Virus record (IMG/VR): IMGVR_UViG_3300024186_000005
Span: 1 to 43,903 of that record
From: a virus
Lineage: Duplodnaviria; Caudoviricetes
Length of the DNA stretch: 43,903 nt
Reading direction: 5' to 3' (one strand)
Under the pieces are notes generated by a model that was not told where the DNA came from, did not search any database, and worked only from the letters and a program-made list of their open reading frames with translations. The position numbers were made by a program, and so were the translations under genes. Each line of letters opens with the position of its first letter. Positions within the stretch are counted from its first letter, which is position 1. This document shows positions 17,108-25,637 of the stretch, piece by piece.

Positions 17108-17458
17108 TTACTCGGCGTTGCTCAAATCTCTGCTCATAACGTGGTCTGCATCTGCTTGCTCTTCTAGCCAGGACTTTAAGTCGAATGCTTTCATAGCGTT
17201 AATGATTGCCAGCGCTACTAAAGTTGGGTTGTCTTGGCAGTACGTCATGTACGCTTCCCGCATTGCGTGGAACTCCGAGAAGTTCTGCTCGTCCGTCACG
17301 ATCACGATGCGCTTCGACTTCTTCTCGTTCGTGACCCGCTTACGGGCCTCTACGCGGGGGAAGCGAATCCCGCACCACGGCTCGTCCTCGGGTACGCGGT
17401 CTACCCGCTCCAAGCAGCGCTTCAGATGCTCCCGTAACTCGGCTCTACCGCGTGGCAT
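17108..17458 (-). CDS. Hypothetical protein downstream of erf
   Basis: TAATG overlap with the erf stop. Confidence 0.65.
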   Translation of the reverse strand: MPRGRAELREHLKRCLERVDRVPEDEPWCGIRFPRVEARKRVTNEKKSKRIVIVTDEQNFSEFHAMREAYMTYCQDNPTLVALAIINAMKAFDLKSWLEEQADADHVMSRDLSNAE

Positions 17459-18249
17459 TAGCTCTTTGGCCCTTGTAGCTGTTTCAGCGGGATGTTGCCT
17501 TCCTTGCACTCGAATTGCAGAAGATTGATTTGCTCGTCATCGAGCGAATAGAACACTCCGTCCTTGTCCTCAAACTTTTGCGCCTTGAACTGCTTGTAGA
17601 TTCGCCGCATCAGGTCGATATCACCCGTAACAGCGTATTTGCCGCTCGGCTGGAGCGCGTAGAAAAGCGATGCGCCGTTATCAGAGGCTTTAGGTGGGGC
17701 TTTCTTCTTCAGGTCGGCTACTTTTGCCTCGCCCACTGCCTTTGCTTCGGCTCTGGCCGTCTCTCTCGTTTCCTGTGGCTCATTGGAGTCATTCTCCGGG
17801 TCATCGCCGGTGGGAATTAGAAATGACTTCATCAGCAGGTACTTCTCGCTTCCAGTCATAGCTACGTAGACCTGCTTATCGCCGGGTGAGGCCGAGCAGC
17901 CAGGTATGTCGCATACTCGCTCTTGCCCCGTGTCGCCGTCCACGATAGTCCAGCGCATCGTGATGTCCGTGATGAAAGATTCCACCACCTTGTCGTACTT
18001 GATTCCTGATAGCTTGTTTCTCTCGAATTTGATCAAGCTAGGGAAAATGAACACGTTACGCTTGGCAAACTCACCCCTCATGCGCTCGGCAACGTCCGCC
18101 TCGGTAGCATACTTATAGCCCTGATTGCTAGCCGTATTCTCACCTCGCTTTTGTAGGTAACCAACGGCGGCCATCACCTCGCAGAGCTTCACTACCAGCC
18201 CTCGCTTTGGGTCCGGCACAACTTCTACAGCTTTTGTCTCTTCGCTCAT
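17458..18249 (-). CDS. erf: ERF-family single-strand annealing recombinase
   Basis: KRGEN...GYKYATEAD; GDKQVYVAMTGSEKYLLMKSFLIPTGDDPE. Confidence 0.88.
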   Translation of the reverse strand: MSEETKAVEVVPDPKRGLVVKLCEVMAAVGYLQKRGENTASNQGYKYATEADVAERMRGEFAKRNVFIFPSLIKFERNKLSGIKYDKVVESFITDITMRWTIVDGDTGQERVCDIPGCSASPGDKQVYVAMTGSEKYLLMKSFLIPTGDDPENDSNEPQETRETARAEAKAVGEAKVADLKKKAPPKASDNGASLFYALQPSGKYAVTGDIDLMRRIYKQFKAQKFEDKDGVFYSLDDEQINLLQFECKEGNIPLKQLQGPKS

Positions 18250-18251
18250 GG

Positions 18252-18479
18252 CTAGTTAACGTCCTCCAGTTCCCGCAAATCCGTTGAGCACTGCTCCCAG
18301 TAGTCGTTGGCCGCTTGCAGATGCGTCTCGGCCTTCTGCACTAGCTCGTAGGCTTTCTGCTCCCGCGCCCTTGCAGCGATTCGAGCAATAGCCCGCGATT
18401 CGTCTTGCCGTAGGTCGGCATACTCGCCCCACTCGCCAGTCTTGAACTGCTCGATTTCATTTCGGTCCATGCGGTCCAT
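18252..18479 (-). CDS. Hypothetical helical protein
   Basis: C-terminal 75 aa of the track ORF, from ATG 18479 just after the upstream stop. Confidence 0.65.
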   Translation of the reverse strand: MDRMDRNEIEQFKTGEWGEYADLRQDESRAIARIAARAREQKAYELVQKAETHLQAANDYWEQCSTDLRELEDVN

Positions 18480-18480
18480 G

Positions 18481-19106
<626 letters not shown>

Positions 19107-19107
<1 letters not shown>

Positions 19108-19349
19108 TATCTCCCCTTTTTGTTACCGCCATTACCCGCCGTACCTTCATTACCCAAGAACTCTTGCAATCCCGCTGGCGTGAAGCTAATTTGTCCACGT
19201 TGAGCGAGACGCCTTACAATGCCGACACAGATATTCACGAGCGAACTTTGCGATACCTCGAATGGCTTGAGGCTCCGCGCTACTTCATCCAAGAACTCCA
19301 TGTTCCGCACATCGAGCTTTGAACTAGTCATGATTCGCTCTAAGCCCAT
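19107..19349 (-). CDS. RHH-like DNA-binding protein
   Basis: GGAGG RBS; TSSKLD...FLDEVA...VSQSSLVNICV. Confidence 0.6.
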
Positions 19350-19462
19350 CTGGCCTCCGTTGAGGAACCCGGGGGACCGTAAAATACTGCTTGCACTTCC
19401 GCTACAAGTGACGTACTTTGCACGCCTCCAGGTCGCTCGACAAACCAACACAGGGGCCATGA

Positions 19463-19714
19463 ATGTCTAACCTTCCGCGAGTGGAGTACCTGATCGAATG
19501 CACGAGCGATACGCTAGGAACGCTGGAACTAAAGGAGCTTGACCTCGCATCACAATGCGAGCGCCGCGCCCGGCTGGAAATGGGGCAGGCAATAGCGCAT
19601 CGGGGAGCGGCAGAGGTTTGCCGCTTCCTGATTGAGCACAAGGACGAGCTGGTGGACTTGGCCAAGCTCGTGGCAGATGGCAAGCAAAGGTTGCTTAGGT
19701 TCCCAGCAGCCTGA
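19463..19714 (+). CDS. Hypothetical protein antisense to the main operon
   Basis: 83 aa helical ORF with AGGGG RBS filling an otherwise empty gap. Confidence 0.55.
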   Translation: MSNLPRVEYLIECTSDTLGTLELKELDLASQCERRARLEMGQAIAHRGAAEVCRFLIEHKDELVDLAKLVADGKQRLLRFPAA

Positions 19715-19840
19715 TTATGTCTACCCAGAGGTATTGGGGAGGGTGTGATGACTTCTGGATGAGTATCTAAGTTACGATAATTCAATGAGATATAGCTTAT
19801 GTTGCGGTTCTGCACATTTGGAAACAAAAAAAAGCTCATG

Positions 19841-20038
19841 TTAGGCCGCCTTCTCAATGGACGCGATGGCCATGTTGATCTTGGCTATTGTTAGTGGCCG
19901 GGGCCTGCGCTCTTCGCCATTCTCAAAGGAAATCAGGGTCCGTAGCCCGATGCCCAACTTCTGCGCCGCCTGAGCTTGCGTCCAGCAGTGCTTCAGCCGG
20001 AAGTTTTTAATCGTGTCGCCGATAGGATGTTTCTTCAT
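19841..20038 (-). CDS. XRE-family HTH regulator (Cro-like)
   Basis: IKNFRLKHCWTQAQAAQKLGIGLRTLISFENG; no peptidase domain. Confidence 0.9.
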   Translation of the reverse strand: MKKHPIGDTIKNFRLKHCWTQAQAAQKLGIGLRTLISFENGEERRPRPLTIAKINMAIASIEKAA

Positions 20039-20045
20039 TGGCGAG

Positions 20046-20075
20046 AGTATGCACAAATGTGCGGAATCGTGTCAA
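20046..20075 (-). promoter_or_regulatory. Promoter and operator for the XRE gene
   Basis: TTGACA-18 nt-CATACT; dyad GCACA-AA-TGTGC at 20051-20062; ATG 7 nt after the -10 with no RBS. Confidence 0.7.
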
Positions 20076-20182
20076 GTACATTTTTAGCGTAGTACTCGAA
20101 CTTGTGGAAAAAGTTAATAGGTAACTGTGGAAACTAGTGCCCAGCTATGGTATGACGTTCAGGGCACGAAGGGAGAATAGAG

Positions 20183-20338
20183 ATGTTTTGGCTGGGATTT
20201 GTAGCGGGATTTCTGCTGTGTGCGGGATTAATTGCGGGTGTGCTGCTGGTAGCGGCTAATTCAGGTGTGCGGGACGAGGACAGCCCTCTGGCAGTGGGCC
20301 AAAAGACCCACTACCATGAGGGGCCAAACGGGGAGTGA
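20183..20338 (+). CDS. Small single-TM protein (51 aa)
   Basis: Below cutoff: MFWLGFVAGFLLCAGLIAGVLLVAANS...; GGGAG RBS. Confidence 0.6.
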   Translation: MFWLGFVAGFLLCAGLIAGVLLVAANSGVRDEDSPLAVGQKTHYHEGPNGE

Positions 20339-20343
20339 GGGTA

Positions 20344-20805
20344 CTAGGCTGCTGGCGCGAAATCAACCGTCAATGATTGAGCAACAACAGGCGTATCGCT
20401 TACGACGCCCGAGCCGCTCAGACCATTGGCTGCATCTGTCGCGGTGATCGTCGCCGTGCCGGGGCCAACCGCCGTTACCAGGCCACTCGCGGGGTCTACC
20501 GTGGCGACCGCCGCATCGCTCGACGCCCAAGAGATTGCCCCGGCCAGCGGAAGCTCTACTCCAGCTCCTGCCAACCCGGAGAACTCATGCGCTGATGCTT
20601 GTGAGGTCTGTCCTACTGTGAGAGTGATTGTGTTTGCCATTGCTTTTCCTTTCATATCTGAGAATGAGATTGTGAGAGACTTCGCTACGGGTGTCTCCTG
20701 TTCCAATATACCCAGTACTTTCAACAAGGTAAGTTCAATAAAGCTCACCTTGTTGCTGAGATATACCAACAGCCGGAGGATGTCGTTTTCTTCGTGGTGA
20801 CTCAT
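20344..20805 (-). CDS. Ig-like (Big_2) domain protein; probable second start at 20640
   Basis: TLTVGQT...ISWASSDAAVATVD..GLVTAVGPGTATITAT. Confidence 0.85.
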   Translation of the reverse strand: MSHHEENDILRLLVYLSNKVSFIELTLLKVLGILEQETPVAKSLTISFSDMKGKAMANTITLTVGQTSQASAHEFSGLAGAGVELPLAGAISWASSDAAVATVDPASGLVTAVGPGTATITATDAANGLSGSGVVSDTPVVAQSLTVDFAPAA

Positions 20806-21017
20806 TAGGGCTTTGCAACCGTTGGCGGTGGAATAGGAGGCGTTGTGGGGTTGAGAGCCGCCATGAGCGCGGCGTAGGCGGCATCGTTTTTCTGTGTCAC
20901 TACCTGTACCTGAGCCGCTAGGGCATCGTCTGTAAGCCCGCCCTGAGCGCGTAGCTGGCCGATGTAGCCTAGAAGGGTGTTGAGCAAAGCGAGCGCCAAG
21001 CTAATATCGGGCATCAC
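20805..21017 (-). CDS. Small amphipathic protein, lysis cassette
   Basis: Hydrophobic N-terminus, Pro-rich tail; coupled. Confidence 0.65.
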   Translation of the reverse strand: MMPDISLALALLNTLLGYIGQLRAQGGLTDDALAAQVQVVTQKNDAAYAALMAALNPTTPPIPPPTVAKP

Positions 21018-21436
21018 TGACCTCCCAAGGCTGCAAGCAGCGTAGCAATTCCAGTGTTAATGCCATTCACGATCAGCGTAACTTCTTGCTGACTTTGCGG
21101 GTTATTGACATGAATAAGCGCTAGTTCCGCTGGATTGGACAGCGCGACTTGGAATACCGAGGCGCAGGCCGTGTAGCCCGTCTTGGCTCCCGAGGCGTGA
21201 ACCTGCTGGGCGCAGTTTCCAAAGGCTCCGTTGGCGTCGTTGGCAAACTTCAGGAACCCGAGGATGCTTGTCTCTTCCTGAACGGAGATTTTACCGTTCA
21301 CCCGCAGGTCATCAGCGGTTTTCATGCCTGCCGCGATAGCGTTACCGATGTTCAAAGCAGCTTTCTCAGATGCGCCGTATGGGTCTTTGCAGCCCATGAG
21401 CGTTACAGCCAACAGCAATACAGCTAGTTTTTTCAT
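21014..21436 (-). CDS. Lipoprotein, spanin candidate
   Basis: MKKLAVLLLAVTLMG|C lipobox; hydrophobic C-terminal helix. Confidence 0.75.
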   Translation of the reverse strand: MKKLAVLLLAVTLMGCKDPYGASEKAALNIGNAIAAGMKTADDLRVNGKISVQEETSILGFLKFANDANGAFGNCAQQVHASGAKTGYTACASVFQVALSNPAELALIHVNNPQSQQEVTLIVNGINTGIATLLAALGGQ

Positions 21437-21469
21437 TTGGTTCCTTTCTCTCGACTTGACCTTACAAAC

Positions 21470-21880
21470 TCAATCGCTGGCCACTGACTCATCGCCTTGC
21501 TCAATGAGCTGCCCGATAACCTCCAGCCGGTGGTCTCCGCTCTGCCAGATAGCCTCTCTGGCCGCCCGAGGCATAATGATGCAGCCCTCTGAAGCCGATC
21601 CGGGTGCATGTAGGCTGTCGCCGTGAATCATAAAGGCGGAGCGCCCGAACATTTCGTTTTCGGGGTCTGGTACCAGGTGCATGGCGTAAGGCCCATGCGA
21701 GGGTGAGTCAATCGGCGCTTCTATGGTGTATTTCCCGCAAGGAATAGGCCCCATATTGGGAACGTGCTGCGCGGCAGGGTCATTCTTGGCTAAGCCCAGC
21801 CCCGAGTAGCCTTTGGCCAGCAGCTTGCCCATCGGGTCAATCATCACGCCGGATTCCTGCACGTAGGTCCAGGTGTCCAC
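21470..21880 (-). CDS. Tlde1/DUF2778-family L,D-peptidase-fold protein, probable endolysin
   Basis: GYSG, GPIPCGKYTI, FGRSAFMIHGD...SEGCII (His/Cys dyad). Confidence 0.85.
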   Translation of the reverse strand: MDTWTYVQESGVMIDPMGKLLAKGYSGLGLAKNDPAAQHVPNMGPIPCGKYTIEAPIDSPSHGPYAMHLVPDPENEMFGRSAFMIHGDSLHAPGSASEGCIIMPRAAREAIWQSGDHRLEVIGQLIEQGDESVASD

Positions 21881-22135
21881 CTAGCGAATCCAGCCTCTTT
21901 GCTTTGCGCCGATGTAGAGCATTGCTGTGATGAAAATGAGGTAGCTGCCGTTATCCCGCAGAAAGACCCATTGATGGACGTACAGCCAGTAATAAGAGAG
22001 CAAATACAGCCCATAGGAGAGCCAAAGCCAGCCGAGTACGCCTAAAGTCCCAGTCCGCGTCTTTAAGAGCACCAGCACGCCCAGCAATAGCAGGAATGCC
22101 GCTTCTAGCGTCACATATGCCCTAGCCAGGCTCAT
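21881..22135 (-). CDS. Membrane protein (about 3 TM), holin candidate
   Basis: GGAGG RBS; hydrophobic helices; basic C-tail. Confidence 0.65.
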   Translation of the reverse strand: MSLARAYVTLEAAFLLLLGVLVLLKTRTGTLGVLGWLWLSYGLYLLSYYWLYVHQWVFLRDNGSYLIFITAMLYIGAKQRGWIR

Positions 22136-22385
22136 ATGCCTCCAAAACAACCAGCGCCGAGCAAACCAGCATTATCAGCGTGTAGGGGATGTAGATGAAC
22201 GTGTAGAGATCGGAATCCCAACCTGCTATATGCTGGGCCAGTTCAACCGTCAGCGCCCCGTAGAACTGAGCGCGGAACCAGCGGCTAATCGCCGGACTGT
22301 GGCTGCCCTTCATCGCCCACAGGAGGGTCAGCAGCAAGGCCAGTGACATTCCATACGTAGCGGCGATGTACCTTAAAGTAGCCAT
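22122..22385 (-). CDS. Membrane protein
   Basis: 2-3 hydrophobic segments. Confidence 0.55.
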   Translation of the reverse strand: MATLRYIAATYGMSLALLLTLLWAMKGSHSPAISRWFRAQFYGALTVELAQHIAGWDSDLYTFIYIPYTLIMLVCSALVVLEAYEPG

Positions 22386-22497
22386 CGGGATTCTCCGCAG
22401 TTGCCGTCAGTCCATCCCCTTCACAGGTAGCCACGCCTTCATCGGCTGACGTGCAAGTGGTTTTGTAGATTTCCCCATCTTTCGGCGGGTGACTCAA
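22285..22497 (-). CDS. Small acidic soluble protein
   Basis: TTG start in a TTGA overlap with GGAGG RBS; overlaps the next gene by about 100 nt. Confidence 0.5.
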   Translation of the reverse strand: MSHPPKDGEIYKTTCTSADEGVATCEGDGLTATAENPDGYFKVHRRYVWNVTGLAADPPVGDEGQPQSGD

Positions 22498-22688
22498 TGT
22501 GTGCCTCCATTCCTTGCTTTGATGTGCTTGCGTTCCTTGAAATCTTCCCACATGGCCTGAAACTTCCAGTCGCGCTGGCCCTCTTCCAGTGTTTCATTCC
22601 TGCGTTTCTTCCATACCATCGCAACGTATGTCAGAACATTGAATAGTGCGCTGACAAATAGGATTTGGTCAGAGTTAAGCTGGGGCAT
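22494..22688 (-). CDS. Single-TM protein
   Basis: GGAGG RBS; ILFVSALFNVLTYVAMVW then KKRR. Confidence 0.65.
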   Translation of the reverse strand: MPQLNSDQILFVSALFNVLTYVAMVWKKRRNETLEEGQRDWKFQAMWEDFKERKHIKARNGGTH

Positions 22689-22703
22689 TGGGCTGGGCCT
22701 CCG

Positions 22704-23000
22704 CTAATTTCGCAAATTCGCTACGAGCTTCTGAATCTCATCCCGCAAATCGTGCCGCGTAGTTCGTAGTTCATCGGTAAAAAACTTTGCAGTGCGAATC
22801 TCGGATAACTCCAGTTCCTCCCGTACTGCTTTCCTGAACTCCTGCTGCCAATAGGACACGGGCTTTGAGCCGCTGTGGCCATTCTCGCTGGAACGCTCAC
22901 CCGGCTTGCGAAGCTCCCGAATCATCTGCAAGACAATCCACAGGACGCCTATGCTTGCTCCCAAGCCGATGCTGAGTTCCGCTAGTTTTTGTAGGTTCAT
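22704..23000 (-). CDS. N-terminal TM plus coiled-coil protein, holin-like
   Basis: IGLGASIGVLWIVL followed by a helical tail. Confidence 0.65.
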   Translation of the reverse strand: MNLQKLAELSIGLGASIGVLWIVLQMIRELRKPGERSSENGHSGSKPVSYWQQEFRKAVREELELSEIRTAKFFTDELRTTRHDLRDEIQKLVANLRN

Positions 23001-23018
23001 GGCCCATTTGAGCTTCCC

Positions 23019-23234
23019 CTAGTTTGCTGGTGGTGATTCTTTAGGTAGCTTGGAAGCGTATGCCCGTGTGATGTTCGCTCCCAGCGTGTTGCTGAACTGG
23101 AAGAACCAGCGATAGAATTTCCCGCTCGAAGCATCCGGCATGGGCAGCGAGCCGACACCGGCGCTCAGAACGTAGTACCCTGCAAGAGCAAACAGCGTTT
23201 GATGGGCTGAGATATAGCTAAGTAGCTGGGTCAT
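23019..23234 (-). CDS. Small membrane protein, holin-like
   Basis: GGAGG RBS; ...LPMP....FYRWFFQFSNTLGANI pattern. Confidence 0.65.
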   Translation of the reverse strand: MTQLLSYISAHQTLFALAGYYVLSAGVGSLPMPDASSGKFYRWFFQFSNTLGANITRAYASKLPKESPPAN

Positions 23235-23250
23235 TTAGTCCTCCAAGAAT

Positions 23251-23326
23251 TTGCGAGAGAAGCCGGAACGCCTGAAAGCTTGGGAACAGCGGCACCGGGT
23301 ACGCCTCCCCTTCCCTTCCCTCGCAA
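23251..23326 (-). promoter_or_regulatory. Intergenic structured RNA element before the lysis cassette
   Basis: UUGCGAGGGAAG pairs with CUUCUCUCGCAA (12 bp, one G-U); inner CCGG/CCGG, UGCC/GGCG and GCU/AGC stems. Confidence 0.55.
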
Positions 23327-23328
23327 GA

Positions 23329-23634
23329 TCATTGCAGCGTGCCGGTAGGCGTAACCGGATTGAATACAACCTTGCTGGGAATCGGCAGCACAACAACTCC
23401 TGTCTGGCCGTTCACGGAAAGCACGGGTGCCGAGCCTACGAGAGCGTAAGGGCCACCCTTGACTGAGATAGCCAGCCCTTCCACCGCAAAGCAGTATTGC
23501 GTCTGCCCCGCTACAACCGGCGCACAGTTGGCGAGCGCACCTGTAGCGATGATGGTGTAAGTCGTGGTGGTTTGTGCTCGCAGATACCAGCCAAGCCCGA
23601 GCGCCAGAAGCGCAACTACTACAAGTTTTCTCAT
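23329..23634 (-). CDS. Signal-peptide-bearing mini fibre protein
   Basis: MRKLVVVALLALGLGWYLRA|Q; VLSVNGQTGVVVL tail-fibre repeat. Confidence 0.75.
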   Translation of the reverse strand: MRKLVVVALLALGLGWYLRAQTTTTYTIIATGALANCAPVVAGQTQYCFAVEGLAISVKGGPYALVGSAPVLSVNGQTGVVVLPIPSKVVFNPVTPTGTLQ

Positions 23635-25637
23635 CGCATTGTCACCGTTCCGCTAGACTTTAGGATTCCCGCAAAGGTATTTCCTGGTGCTGGTACGCCC
23701 GTTCCTGCGCCTGTGAGGTTCATGCCATCGGCATTGCCCGTGTTATCAAACAGCGTGATGCCTCCGCTTACTGGCCCCACAGCCCCTATTTGCATCGTTA
23801 CTTGGAAGGTGCAGGACTGGCTGGGCGTCAGCGTGAAACCAGCCCCCGGTGAAGCCTGAGAGAAAGTACCTGAAGCCCCGCAAGTGTTATTCACGCCGGA
23901 GAAGGTTCCGTTATTGCTCGTGATGCCAGTTACGACAAGGTTCGCTGTTCCGGTATTTGTGAGCGTGATGGTTGAAGATGGATTGCTCACGACACCCACC
24001 GGAGCGAATCCCACGTTCAGCGAGGTAGGGCTGAAAGTGGCGATGGGGGCAGGCGCGTTTACCAGCGGATGCGGATAAGTGAGCGGAGTGTAGTAGGCCG
24101 TCCAAGTATTGGCGGGATTGCATTGGTAGAGCACGCCATTCCCTGCATAGGAATTGATATTGCTCCCGCCGCTGGTATTCCAGTTTCCTTGGTCCGTCGC
24201 CCAATAGCCCACGCCAGCCGTGCAGTTCGTTTGCCGCGATGCCAACGTCCCAACGCACACTCCAGCAGTCTGTGCTCCTGCCCCGGTTGCACAATCTTGG
24301 AAGAGAAATATGTCCGCGTTCCGCACCACGCGACTGATTCCGCCCTGTATGCTTTGGTCCAGATAGTAGGCTGCCCCAGTAGCATTCGACGGATTGAAGT
24401 TTTCGAGCCAGCCAGCATAGATTGGTTCAGATGCTTGGCGCGGATAGGCGCAAGCCTGCGAAGGTCCGCAACCCGTAGTTGAATTAACCTTGTTTGGGTG
24501 CGAGCCGGACAGAAGATCGCCTCTGCCTCTGCCGGGGTCATCTATGCAGTGATAGCCCGTAGTCCCACTGGTGTTCTCATCCCAGTTGGAACCTGTGCCG
24601 TTAAACTGCGTCCCGCAATATCCCCAGCCAGCGGGGGTGGGCTGCTGTGTGTAGGTGGAACTATTTTCCCGCATCGAATGGGTGGTTAGAAAGAAGTTCC
24701 ACCCTCCACCAGCCGATGAGCTGATAAACGGGTTGTTGTTGCCCCAGTAGGCTCCCGTTCCTGCGCTATGGAACATGATGTTGAATTTGCAGGTTCCGCC
24801 CGAGCCTGAGCAGGAGGGAGCCGTAAACTTGTTTTGGTACATTTCCGTCAGCCGTCCGCCACGGTCATTCCCTGCCGTTCCGTCGTGGCCCAAAGGATGC
24901 GTCTGGCCGGACATATTGTTGATGGTGTTGAAGCGGTAGACGTTTCTGCCGCCCTGATAGTTGTCGTTTAGCTGCGTTGAGCCGGTGATGTAGTTATCCT
25001 CAAAATAGATCGCGCTTGAGGTGCCCATGCCAGAGGCGTTAATCCATGAGGAGTTCCCTCCACCAACCACACGCGGACCTGTATTGTTGGGAGCGATTAC
25101 ACAGTGGTCCACGACTCCGAATGTTTCCCCGAAGATAGTCCAGGTCACGTTGGCGCTGATAGCGAAATGGCTGTGGTCAATGCGAAGCTGGGTGGTGCCA
25201 CCGCCCCAAGTGAATACGCCGTTGTTCGATGTGGGAGCCGTGCCGGTCTGAGCCGTGATGCCGGACCAGCGGAAAGACTTCCCTGCCGGGATACTGAAAA
25301 CCCACGTCGCATCAGGCGCTCCGCTTACGTTGTGGTTCACGTCATCAATCATCACGGTGTTGTCTGTGCAGGTGGATGTACTCGGTGGGCCGGGACAAAG
25401 CGTAGCGCCAATCAGACTAGTGGAGTGCGCCACCGTGAAATTGATGCCAGTTGTCCAGTGCCAAGTACCTGAGTTAATCGTGATGGTTGTGTTCTCCAGA
25501 TTCACGCTGTTCAGTGCCGCCGACACGCTTGCTTGGTCGCCGTTAATCGGGCCGCAGGTTGTGGTTCCGGCGCATTGGGCGTGGATAGTTCCGGCGAACG
25601 CCAGACAGGAGAATGCGAGAATCAGCAGTTTTTTCAT
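23631..25637 (-). CDS. Secreted beta-helix spike/adhesin with C-terminal ASH-type Ig domain
   Basis: MKKLLILAFSCLAFAGTIHA|Q; Asn-ladder repeats; YTPLTYPHPL; FSPTSL...ITLTNTGTANL...LTPSQSCTFQV. Confidence 0.8.
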   Translation of the reverse strand: MKKLLILAFSCLAFAGTIHAQCAGTTTCGPINGDQASVSAALNSVNLENTTITINSGTWHWTTGINFTVAHSTSLIGATLCPGPPSTSTCTDNTVMIDDVNHNVSGAPDATWVFSIPAGKSFRWSGITAQTGTAPTSNNGVFTWGGGTTQLRIDHSHFAISANVTWTIFGETFGVVDHCVIAPNNTGPRVVGGGNSSWINASGMGTSSAIYFEDNYITGSTQLNDNYQGGRNVYRFNTINNMSGQTHPLGHDGTAGNDRGGRLTEMYQNKFTAPSCSGSGGTCKFNIMFHSAGTGAYWGNNNPFISSSAGGGWNFFLTTHSMRENSSTYTQQPTPAGWGYCGTQFNGTGSNWDENTSGTTGYHCIDDPGRGRGDLLSGSHPNKVNSTTGCGPSQACAYPRQASEPIYAGWLENFNPSNATGAAYYLDQSIQGGISRVVRNADIFLFQDCATGAGAQTAGVCVGTLASRQTNCTAGVGYWATDQGNWNTSGGSNINSYAGNGVLYQCNPANTWTAYYTPLTYPHPLVNAPAPIATFSPTSLNVGFAPVGVVSNPSSTITLTNTGTANLVVTGITSNNGTFSGVNNTCGASGTFSQASPGAGFTLTPSQSCTFQVTMQIGAVGPVSGGITLFDNTGNADGMNLTGAGTGVPAPGNTFAGILKSSGTVTMR

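Noticed and set aside
21881-22385. One frameshifted membrane gene
   Set aside because: The downstream ORF has its own GGAGG RBS and ATG at 22135, and no slippery site is evident.
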